From the NCBI GenBank assembly GCA_035353615.1, contig DAOPZY010000007.1:20373-84372 (forward strand): a stretch of DNA of 64,000 bases. Reading direction: 5' to 3'. Positions 36,680 to 44,860 of the stretch are shown here, piece by piece. A program made the position numbers and the translations under genes. The notes beneath the pieces are model-generated. The model saw nothing but the letters and a program-made list of their open reading frames with translations. It did not search any database and was not told where the DNA came from. How positions within the stretch are numbered: the first letter of the stretch is position 1; the number at the start of each line of letters is the position of its first letter. This DNA comes from Candidatus Limiplasma sp. Its GTDB lineage: Bacteria; Bacillota; Clostridia; Christensenellales; Aristaeellaceae.

Positions 36680-36846
36680 CCGCAATGCGCCATTGCCGCT
36701 CGCCTCATAGCCCTGCGAGCTGTTCGCTTGCATGATGGTTTTTCGCTGCGGCGTGGGGCATGGGACTCCACGCCAAACCCCGGCAGGGATTTCATCCCTG
36801 CACCCTGACAAGGGCAACCGCCCTTGTCCCGGGTCCGCTGCGGCGG
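36680..36846 (-). repeat. Full inverted copy of the ~190-bp intergenic repeat unit
   Basis: The reverse complement aligns along its length with the tandem units at 39976-40545 (gctcgcctcatagccctgcg..., ccaaaccccggcagggatttcatccctgcaccctgacaaggg...ccgctgcgg). Confidence 0.8.
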
Positions 36847-36862
36847 GGGCTTTCATCATGAA

Positions 36863-37756
36863 CTACTGTTTGTTGCCGGACCAGTGCGCTTGCTCGATGG
36901 CTAAATCCCGATGCGTCACGCTCGCATGCTTTCCCTGCGCCTTCAATTGCTCGCAAAGGTATTCCGCGATGGCTACGCTGCGGTGCGCGCCGCCCGTGCA
37001 GCCAATGGCAATCACCAGCCGATGCTTTCCCTCGTTTACATAGTTCGGCAGCAGAAAATTGAGCATATCCATCGCCTTGGTCAAAAACTCCTGCGTAACC
37101 GGGTGGCTCAGCACATAATCGCGCACATCCGAATCCAAACCCGTATGATGCCCCAGCTCCGGAATATAAAACGGATTCGGCAAAAACCGCACGTCAAACA
37201 CCAGATCGGCGTCCCTCGGGATCCCGCGCTTGAAACCGAAACTCAACAGCTCGATGCGAAGGGTTGGCTCGTTGCCGGCCTGGGCGACAATCTCGCGCAG
37301 TTTGGCCTGTAAAGCGCTGGTTTTCAGCTCGCTGGTGTCAATCAGGTGGTTCGCGGTTTCACGCAGGGGCTGCAAGCGGTTGCGCTCGGCAGCGATAGCG
37401 CTTTCCAGACTCATGCCCTCGCCGGACAGCGGATGGTCGCGCCGCGTTTCCTTGTACCGGTTCACCAGCATCGAATCCCGGGCTTCAATAAACAGAGTGT
37501 CGATCTGGAAACCCACGCTGCGGGCCTCGTCGATCATCTTCACAACCGCTTTCGCGTCAAAAAATTCACCGGAACGAATGTCCACCGCGATGGCGACCAG
37601 CGGCCTGCTGATGTTGGAGGCTTTGCACGCCTCCATAAAACGCACCAGCATCATCGGGGGCAGGTTGTCCACACACAGCGCGCCCAAATCTTCCAGTGTG
37701 CGGATGGCGACGGTTTTTCCAGCGCCGCTTAACCCAGTGACAATTAAAAATTGCAT
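36863..37756 (-). CDS. rapZ: RNase adapter / nucleotide-binding protein RapZ (YvcJ)
   Basis: 297 aa with MQFLIVTGLSGAGKT (P-loop) and a C-terminal IAIGCTGGAHRSV motif. Confidence 0.92.
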   Translation of the reverse strand: MQFLIVTGLSGAGKTVAIRTLEDLGALCVDNLPPMMLVRFMEACKASNISRPLVAIAVDIRSGEFFDAKAVVKMIDEARSVGFQIDTLFIEARDSMLVNRYKETRRDHPLSGEGMSLESAIAAERNRLQPLRETANHLIDTSELKTSALQAKLREIVAQAGNEPTLRIELLSFGFKRGIPRDADLVFDVRFLPNPFYIPELGHHTGLDSDVRDYVLSHPVTQEFLTKAMDMLNFLLPNYVNEGKHRLVIAIGCTGGAHRSVAIAEYLCEQLKAQGKHASVTHRDLAIEQAHWSGNKQ

Positions 37757-37846
37757 CCGGCAACCTCCCTTTTCTCCCGGGGCCGAGGCGATGCGTAAGC
37801 GGCCCCTCCTGCAAATCCGCGCGGTCGCGTTGCCTGCCGCGCGGGG

Positions 37847-38815
37847 TTATTCGTTGCTCACAGGGGGATCCTCCCCAACGATGTGAACCTCCGGCTCCAA
37901 CCGCACGCCGGTTTTTTCCAGCACAATGCGCTGCACCTCGTCAATCAGGGCTAAATAGTCGGACGCAGTGCCCTCCTGATCGTTCACCAGAAAACCCGCA
38001 TGGCGCGTGCTCACGCTTGCGCCGCCGACCCGCAGGCCCTTCAGCCCGCACTCGTCAATCAGTGTGCCCGCAAAACGCCCCGGCGGGCGCTTGAAGGTGC
38101 TCCCGCAGCACGGCAGGGTCAGCGGCTGCTTTTCCCGCCGACGGGCGTTAAACTCCCGCATGGTAACCCGGATGGTTTCCGGATCGCCGGGCGGGAGGGC
38201 AAAGGTAGCGGAAACGACCAGTTCAGGCGCGGCGTCCGTGCCGCGCAACCGGCTGTGACGGTAGCCAAAAGCCATCTGCTCGTTGGTATAGTGTTGAAGC
38301 GTGCCTGTAAGGTCCACGCAGGTAACGCTTTTGACTACGTCCTTCATTTCGCCGCCGTAGGCTCCGGCATTCATGGCGACGCCTCCGCCCACCGTGCCGG
38401 GGATGCCCGCCGCAAATTCCAGCCCGCTCAGCCCCGCGTCGGCGGCAAGGTTGGCAAGCTTAATCAGCGGCGCGCCTGCCTGCGCGGTCAAGGCAAAACG
38501 GCCGTCGGCAAGCGCGTCCGGGCCGGTGACCTCCGCAAAGTGCTCGCTGATGCGCAGGGTCAGCCCCTGCCAGCCGCCATCGCGCACCAAAAGATTGGAG
38601 CCATTGCCCAGCACATTGACCGGCACGCGCAGCCGGCTGGCGATCCGTAACACGGCAATCAGCTGATCCAGTGAGGAAATTTCACACAGCAGTTCCGCCG
38701 GGCCGCCAAACCCGAGGGTTGTGTAGCGGCTCATGGGCGCTTTTTCCTGGAGGTCCTTCTTTTTTACAAAAGGATGCAGGGCATCCAACAGCTCCGTACG
38801 GACAGCCTCCTCCAT
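37847..38815 (-). CDS. murB: UDP-N-acetylenolpyruvoylglucosamine reductase
   Basis: 322 aa from ATG 38815. FAD-binding domain (LGNGSNLLV) and MurB C-terminal domain (CCGSTFKRP, GGASVSTRHAGFLVN). Confidence 0.92.
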   Translation of the reverse strand: MEEAVRTELLDALHPFVKKKDLQEKAPMSRYTTLGFGGPAELLCEISSLDQLIAVLRIASRLRVPVNVLGNGSNLLVRDGGWQGLTLRISEHFAEVTGPDALADGRFALTAQAGAPLIKLANLAADAGLSGLEFAAGIPGTVGGGVAMNAGAYGGEMKDVVKSVTCVDLTGTLQHYTNEQMAFGYRHSRLRGTDAAPELVVSATFALPPGDPETIRVTMREFNARRREKQPLTLPCCGSTFKRPPGRFAGTLIDECGLKGLRVGGASVSTRHAGFLVNDQEGTASDYLALIDEVQRIVLEKTGVRLEPEVHIVGEDPPVSNE

Positions 38816-38949
38816 GGCAAAGCCCCCTTTTAGCAGTATAGGTTCATTGTATCGCACTTCGGTATGGCTGTCAAAGCCTGAGGGTTCCACAGCTAGGTTT
38901 TTACAGTTCGCCCCGCGCCTTGCGCGGCCGCGCGGCATGCCCGCAAGCC

Positions 38950-38979
38950 TTGACGGCGGCGCTTTGCCTGCGATACAAT
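38950..38979 (+). promoter_or_regulatory. Candidate promoter for corA
   Basis: TTGACG (38950-38955), an 18-nt spacer, then TACAAT (38974-38979). Confidence 0.5.
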
Positions 38980-39019
38980 GACCCTGTGCTCAATTGAAAG
39001 CAGGAAAGGCCGTGCGGTT

Positions 39020-39955
39020 ATGTTTCATCAGCTAACGCCGGAATACCATGAAATTTGCCTGGAAGCGTGTAACCCTGATAACCTGACCGTTGGAGTTATC
39101 GGTGTGGATGAGTTGGAAGAAACCCGCCAGCATTTTGGTTTTAGCCAGCGGGTGATTCAGGAATGCCTGTCCGAGCGCGGCCGCTACCGGAACAGCGTGG
39201 ATGTGTTTGACGATTACACTTTTTGCGTGGTCACCGTGGTGGACGCCGCCAACCCGCTGACCCACTCCGATAAGGTCGCCTTCTTTTTTAAGCGGAACCT
39301 GTTTTTAATGGTCAAGCTTGACGATACGGACGGCAGCACGGAAATGCTGTTTATGGGCGCCGCCAAGCGCTACCGCGCCGAGGCCGCCACCATGGAAAAG
39401 GTGGTTTCCGCGGTTTTTGAAAGCTTTATTGACCGCGACGGAGACATACTCGCCTCTATGGAGTTTGACATTACCGCCATGGAGGAGGAGATTGCCACCG
39501 GCAAAATTGACCGCGCGTTTTACACGGAAGTGTTTGAACGCCGCAAGAAACTGTTGATCCTGCGCAACTATTATGAGCAGCTGATTGACATTGGCGAGGA
39601 ATTGCAGGAAAACGAGAACGATATTTTTGAGGAAGGCTCGCTGCGTTATATCGCCATGTTCACCGGCCGGGTGCAGCGTTTCAACGCGAGCGTGCAGCTG
39701 TTGCGCGATTCGCTGACCCAATTGCGGGAAGCGTATCAGGCGGCGATGGATTATCAGCTGAACCGCGTGATTAAGATGCTGACGGTTCTGGCCACGGTCT
39801 ACCTGCCCCCGACGCTGATTGCGGGCTGGTACGGCATGAATTTCAAGCACATGCCGGAATTGAACTGGTGGTTCGGGTATCCTTTGGTGATTGTGTTAAG
39901 CGTATTGTTTGTGATGGTCAGCATGATCTATTTCAAGCGCAAAAAGATGCTGTAA
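39020..39955 (+). CDS. corA: CorA-family magnesium/cobalt transporter
   Basis: 311 aa from ATG 39020. The GMN motif (WYGMNF) lies between two C-terminal TM helices. Confidence 0.88.
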   Translation: MFHQLTPEYHEICLEACNPDNLTVGVIGVDELEETRQHFGFSQRVIQECLSERGRYRNSVDVFDDYTFCVVTVVDAANPLTHSDKVAFFFKRNLFLMVKLDDTDGSTEMLFMGAAKRYRAEAATMEKVVSAVFESFIDRDGDILASMEFDITAMEEEIATGKIDRAFYTEVFERRKKLLILRNYYEQLIDIGEELQENENDIFEEGSLRYIAMFTGRVQRFNASVQLLRDSLTQLREAYQAAMDYQLNRVIKMLTVLATVYLPPTLIAGWYGMNFKHMPELNWWFGYPLVIVLSVLFVMVSMIYFKRKKML

Positions 39956-39975
39956 AAATCAACCCAGCGCAACCT

Positions 39976-40545
39976 CCGCCGCAGCGGAACCGGGTCAAGG
40001 GCGAAGCCCTTGTCAGGGTGCAGGGATGAAATCCCTGCCGGGGTTTGGGGCGGAACCCCAAAGCTCAACGCCGCAGCGTAAAGACAACAAGCGAGCGAAC
40101 AGCCCGCAGGGCTATGAGGCGAGCGGTTAAAACGCATTGCCGAGGTTTGCGTATCATCTTTCTCCCCGCCGCAGCGGAACCGGGTCAAGGGCGATGCCCT
40201 TGTCGGGGTGCAGGGGCAAAGCTCCAGCCGGGGTTTGGGGCGGAACCCCAAAGCTCAACGTCGCAGCGTAAAGCCAACAAGCGAGCGAACAGCCCGCAGG
40301 GCTATGAGGCGAGCGGTTAAAACGCATTGCCGAGGTTTGCGTATCATCTTTCTCCCCGCCGCAGCGGAACCGGGTCAAGGGCGATGCCCTTGTCAGAGTG
40401 CAGGGGCAAAGCTCCTGCCGGGGTTTGGGGCGGAACCCCAAAGCTCAATGCAGCAGCGTAAAGCCAACAAGCGAGCGAACAGCCCGCAGGGCTATGAGGC
40501 GAGCGGCAACAGCACATTGCGGAAATCCCAGAAACCGCCCCATCC
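39976..40545 (+). repeat. Tandem array, three copies of a ~190-bp structured repeat unit
   Basis: gcagcggaaccgggtcaaggg recurs at 39981, 40171 and 40361, an exact 190-nt period. Each unit holds the hairpins caagggc-gaw-gcccttg and tttgggg-cggaa-ccccaaa plus a conserved tail cagcccgcagggctatgaggcgagcgg. There are no unique spacers. Confidence 0.9.
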
Positions 40546-40592
40546 CCCGCCTGCAAATCAAAACGCGCAATCTATTCATTCCAAATAAACCC

Positions 40593-40640
40593 AAAAGCGC
40601 GCCCCGAGTGCCGTAGGCACAATAGGGCGCGCTTTCTTTG
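40593..40640. terminator. Bidirectional terminator candidate (hairpin module D) between corA and the DUF998-like gene
   Basis: AAAA-gcgcgccc...gggcgcgc-TTTCTTT, with inner hairpin gtgcc-gtag-ggcac. Confidence 0.6.
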
Positions 40641-40748
40641 CTTAATGTTTGCGACGCTGATCCACCTGCGGGCATGGGGCAACGCCGATACACCCCATCA
40701 GGCCTTCGATCTTGACCCATCGCCGCCGACGCGGGGGTATCGCTATGA

Positions 40749-41426
40749 TTATCCCTGATCCCGTGCCTTATCCAAAGCGGGATTCGCGCGGAAACCCCGA
40801 AACCCTTGCAGCAGATAAACCCCTAACACAGCCGTAAACCCGGTAGCCGCAAAGACGCTGCACCGTTCCGTTACGCCAAACAGGTCTTTGGGCACAAGGT
40901 TCATGCCCACCGCGCCCAGGCACATCAACCCAAGCGCAACCGTGGCCCACACCGCCAGCGAAACATACGCGCGTCTGCGGTATCCGCCTGCCATCAGCGT
41001 TACCAGCGAAGCAATGGACAGCATAACCACCGCGGCGGTCACCGCCAGGTGCATCCCATCCTGAAAGGTGCCCGCATAACCGCTGTCGGTCAGGGGGAAC
41101 ATCGCGTAGCCGACCGCGCTGATCCACTGCATCAGCGTGAAGGCGTAAAGCCCGGTGCGCAATGTTCGCGTCAATTTGCCCTGTACATACACGCAAATCA
41201 TCAAAAGCGCCGCCGACCCGCACAGGTTGTACAGGCTCGCCAGCTGGTTCCACAGCGTGCGGGAGGGCGCGTTGTTTGCGCTCAGGTCGCTGACCGCCTG
41301 ACGCATCCACTGATAGCCGGGGTAGGCCAGCGGCGCGAACAGCACTGCCGCCGTATACGAAATCAGGCTCACAATCCCCAGAATGCCCATGGCCCGTAAC
41401 GCCTTTTCCCGCTTGATGTCCGTCAT
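40749..41426 (-). CDS. DUF998-like integral membrane protein
   Basis: About 225 aa from ATG 41426 (GGAGG 6 nt upstream), with six hydrophobic helices. The AVSDLSANNAP segment resembles the DUF998 family. Confidence 0.55.
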   Translation of the reverse strand: MTDIKREKALRAMGILGIVSLISYTAAVLFAPLAYPGYQWMRQAVSDLSANNAPSRTLWNQLASLYNLCGSAALLMICVYVQGKLTRTLRTGLYAFTLMQWISAVGYAMFPLTDSGYAGTFQDGMHLAVTAAVVMLSIASLVTLMAGGYRRRAYVSLAVWATVALGLMCLGAVGMNLVPKDLFGVTERCSVFAATGFTAVLGVYLLQGFRGFRANPALDKARDQG

Positions 41427-41552
41427 TTTCATCCTCCGCTTTCGACAGCGCGCCGCCGCGTGATCCGGGTTGCCACCCTCCGCGAGCGCGCCTCGACCCT
41501 GCCGGACGCGTTTAAAAGGAGTGGCCACTGCTACGCGCCAGAAATAACCGCC

Positions 41553-43559
41553 TTACGGTTTGTAGAAATGATCGATCTTAACGCAGCGCCCGCCGCTCAG
41601 CTGGTACTGAAGCACCCACAGCTTGTTTTCAAGGTTGGTGCAGGTATATTGCACGGTGCGGGTCCCGTCCGCATTGTTCAGCACAACGCCAACGTTCTGC
41701 CCTTCGTAATACAGGTTACGGCTTCCGTCCTGATTCACCGGCATGCCAAAATCCTTAAACGCGGCGGTGATTTCACCTTCGGAACTGCCAATGCCAACGC
41801 CGCGCGGGCCGGTTGCGATGTCCCGGTTCATTTCAATGCGCACCAGCTGCCACTGGTTGCCATCCAGTAAAAACACGGCGTAACCCCAGTCGTATTCCAG
41901 ATGCTGCGCCTGCATATCCAGCGTAAGGTAAGTGGTATCGGTCGTGGATTTCGGCTCGCCAAACTGCGTTTTAAAATCCTCGATAACCGTATCGTTCAGC
42001 GCAAAGCCGGAGAACGTATCCTCGCCGCCGTACATTTCCAGCGGATACGGTTTCACCTCAAACTTGTAACCAACCTCCATGGTGCTGGACTGTTTGCCGT
42101 ACCCGTTGACGGCAATCGCGCGCAGGGTAACCCTGCCGGAAGGCAGCGTGATGGGCGTTCCGTCAAACTTGGGGCTGATGGCCGGGTCCGGCTGGGAGCC
42201 GTCGATGGTGTAATAGAAGGTCTGATTATCCTCCATGGCCAGCTGTTCCTTGGTTTTTTTGCGCCGTTGCTCCTTGGTGTCGGTGCTGTCGCCAGCGCGG
42301 ATGGAGACGGTTTTCAGCTTGGTGTAGGTGTTGGGGGCAAGGTTGCTCTTAGGCGCGGAAGGGGTTGGGTAATAAACGGTGTAGGAGACTTTCATTTCAT
42401 CGCTGACCAGATCCTCCACCACACACACAGCGCGCAGGTTATACGTGCCCTCGGGGATGGTGACGGTGTTGTTGGTCACCAGCTTGCCATCCTTGGGCAA
42501 AACAGCGCTGTCATCCAGGGTGTAATAAATATCATACCCCTGCGGCGAGGTGACCGTGATTTGCTGCTCCAGCTCATAGCGGCCGGAGGTATGCGCCGTA
42601 TCCACCTGAGGCGAGTTGGGGATAAAATCCTTGCGCTGCTGCCGGAAGCTGTCCTTATCGGTATTGTTGTAGGCTTCCAGCATCACCGCGGCGGCTTCGG
42701 GATCGCGGTTATTGTCCAGATAGATGTTGATGAGCGCCGTATAGGCCTCGGAACGCGCGGGGCTGACGGTATCAATCAAAGTTTTGTAAAGCGCCTCAGC
42801 CTGATCGTCCATATTGTTCAGCTCGTACGCGGACCCCAGCAGCATCAGCCCATCATAGTTTTCCGGATCGATCACGTTGGCCACGCGAAAGGCCATGATC
42901 GCGTCCTCCATGTCGCCCATATCCATGTATTCTTGCCCCACAAGCCAGTAGGCCTGCGCCGGAGCGTCGTTCCAATCCTTCAGCAGGGCGTTACGTTCGG
43001 TTTCCCGAACGGCGTCGGTGCTTGCGGCCAGCTCCAGCATCTGCTCACTGGCAGCCATGACGCGCTTGCGCGCGGTCATGCGCTGGCCGGAATCCGACGA
43101 GTTCAGGTACAGCAGGTATCCGCCGGCGGCCGCGATCAGCAGCCCCACGCAGATCACGCCAATCAGCATCCAGTTAATCGGGTGCTGCGATACCACCTTC
43201 GCCTTGCCGTGGTGGGAAACCACCTGCCGCGTGCGCACATTACCGCGCACCGGCACGCCCCGGTGGGTGTTGGGGCGGCTGGCAAACGTGTCCAGCGTAG
43301 GTTTGGCGGGCTTGGGCGGTTTGCGGCGCACGCCGCGCTCCTGCTCCACCGGAAGCGGCGACATATCATAATCCCCATATTCGGGAATATCCGCGCGGGA
43401 TTCGTCCGGCAGGGGCGCGGGCGAAGCGTTGCGGCGGCCCTGCCGGATGGCCCGCACCCCGGTTTCGCCGGTGTTGCTGCGGCGGTGCGGCATCGCGCCG
43501 CACACATCGCAGAGGATCGCGTCGTCGGGAAGATAACTTCCGCAGCGTTCACAGATCAT
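41553..43559 (-). CDS. Zinc-ribbon / single-TM / TPR / Ig-like-repeat surface protein
   Basis: 668 aa with an N-terminal CxxC...CxxC (MICERCGSYLPDDAILCDVCG) and one TM helix (WMLIGVICVGLLIAAAGGYLLYL). TPR-like helical repeats follow. Two repeats carry the IYYTLD / FYYTIDGSQP signature of chitobiase/hexosaminidase C-terminal-like domains. Confidence 0.65.
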   Translation of the reverse strand: MICERCGSYLPDDAILCDVCGAMPHRRSNTGETGVRAIRQGRRNASPAPLPDESRADIPEYGDYDMSPLPVEQERGVRRKPPKPAKPTLDTFASRPNTHRGVPVRGNVRTRQVVSHHGKAKVVSQHPINWMLIGVICVGLLIAAAGGYLLYLNSSDSGQRMTARKRVMAASEQMLELAASTDAVRETERNALLKDWNDAPAQAYWLVGQEYMDMGDMEDAIMAFRVANVIDPENYDGLMLLGSAYELNNMDDQAEALYKTLIDTVSPARSEAYTALINIYLDNNRDPEAAAVMLEAYNNTDKDSFRQQRKDFIPNSPQVDTAHTSGRYELEQQITVTSPQGYDIYYTLDDSAVLPKDGKLVTNNTVTIPEGTYNLRAVCVVEDLVSDEMKVSYTVYYPTPSAPKSNLAPNTYTKLKTVSIRAGDSTDTKEQRRKKTKEQLAMEDNQTFYYTIDGSQPDPAISPKFDGTPITLPSGRVTLRAIAVNGYGKQSSTMEVGYKFEVKPYPLEMYGGEDTFSGFALNDTVIEDFKTQFGEPKSTTDTTYLTLDMQAQHLEYDWGYAVFLLDGNQWQLVRIEMNRDIATGPRGVGIGSSEGEITAAFKDFGMPVNQDGSRNLYYEGQNVGVVLNNADGTRTVQYTCTNLENKLWVLQYQLSGGRCVKIDHFYKP

Positions 43560-43708
43560 GGCTGTACGTTCCTCGCTTTCCAGAAAAGGCTTCGGGGGCC
43601 GATGCGCGGCTCAACCAGCCGCGACCCGCGAAATCGGGAGGCCTCCTTGTATAAACCGATCGCGCGCGGATGGAAGCGGCCGGAGGCCCCACCGGCATGC
43701 GGCTATGC

Positions 43709-43904
43709 CCGCGCTGTACGTTGCGCGCTGCCCGTTGCGGAGCGTAAAGTACGCGCCGTCCGATACGCGCCGCCCGTTGCGCGCTTTTGGTTGCATGCCA
43801 TCCGTTGTGCGGAGTAGGTTACGCGCCGTCTGTTGCAAGCTGCCGGTTGCGCGCCATTGGGTAATTGCCGTAGTTTGCACACCGTCAACTGCGCGCCTCC
43901 GCTT
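43709..43904. repeat. Degenerate tandem repeat with strict 14-bp period (~14 units)
   Basis: Cutting from 43751 into 14-mers gives acgcgccgtccgat, acgcgccgcccgtt, gcgcgcttttggtt, gcatgccatccgtt, gtgcggagtaggtt, acgcgccgtctgtt, gcaagctgccggtt, gcgcgccattgggt and so on. The consensus is about RCGCGCCGYCCGTT. Confidence 0.75.
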
Positions 43905-43909
43905 GTCCC

Positions 43910-44602
43910 CTACGGCGCGACGGTCACCTGCGGTTCGGGCGATTGGTTATTCACCGCGTGGCCGTTGATGACCAGCTGAAACTCCTGCCCCAAAAAGGCG
44001 GCCGCTTTTTCGCACATAATAATGCGCGGCATATAAATACTCAGGTATTCCAGCACGCTGCTGGAACGGTCCATTGTCAGCGATTGCCGGATCAGCTTGG
44101 CCTTGCGGTCAACCGTTACCTCGTTTTGCTGTATGGAAAAATTGACGCGGTCGTGCACATCGGTCGGGTCCGGCCGGCCGTTGCGAACGCGGCTCTTGTG
44201 CGCGTCGCTCTTGTCGGCAATCACCAGCGCGGCGCTCACAGCGCTGGAAATGCTGCCGCTTTCCTCCTCATGGTTGCCTACGGCGGTGATGATTTCCACC
44301 GTATCCGTAATGCTCAGCCCCACATCCTTCAGGATGGGAAACAGCAGGATGGCTCCGTTAGGGCCGTGATCGTGCCGGTTGATGCTGTTGCCCACATCGT
44401 GCACCCAGCCGGCGATGGCGGCCAGCTCAATTTCACGCTCGCTGTACCCCAGCGCTTTCAAGATGTAGCTGGAAATCCGGCTCACATAGCTTAAATGCCT
44501 CGGGCCGTGATCGGTATACCCCAGCGCCTCCAGATACCGGTTGCCGGCCTTCACCAGCGCGCGGATGCTCTCGTTCTTCTTTACTTCTTCTAATGTAATC
44601 AT
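43910..44602 (-). CDS. HD-domain phosphohydrolase
   Basis: 230 aa from ATG 44602 (GGAGG upstream). It has the HD motif in AGWVHDVGN and additional His (GPRH, NRHDHGPNG). Confidence 0.75.
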   Translation of the reverse strand: MITLEEVKKNESIRALVKAGNRYLEALGYTDHGPRHLSYVSRISSYILKALGYSEREIELAAIAGWVHDVGNSINRHDHGPNGAILLFPILKDVGLSITDTVEIITAVGNHEEESGSISSAVSAALVIADKSDAHKSRVRNGRPDPTDVHDRVNFSIQQNEVTVDRKAKLIRQSLTMDRSSSVLEYLSIYMPRIIMCEKAAAFLGQEFQLVINGHAVNNQSPEPQVTVAP

Positions 44603-44860
44603 AGTACCTCCCAGTACAGGTTGCGTTGCCGGCCGCGCAAACGCGCGCGGTCGCGGCATCCTTGCCCTTTTCAGGGCGATCGTTGCAGTTCTGCGGCAAT
44701 GGTTCCGGCCGCGCGAGCAGGGCTTCTCTGAAAGCCCTATTTCACGCCGGTTCGCCGCGTAAAAGGTTCGACCCGCGCAGGGCAAAACCCTGCCGCCGCC
44801 ATTGTCATGCCATTCCCGAAAGCCGTATTTACACGCTTTTTACCGGATACGGCTTGCCTG

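Noticed and set aside
39976-40545. Possible CRISPR array, because of the regularly spaced repeats
   Set aside because: The repeating unit is the whole 190 bp, so there are no unique spacers between short repeats. No cas genes lie nearby. The same unit occurs singly and inverted elsewhere in the window. It is a tandem intergenic repeat, not CRISPR.
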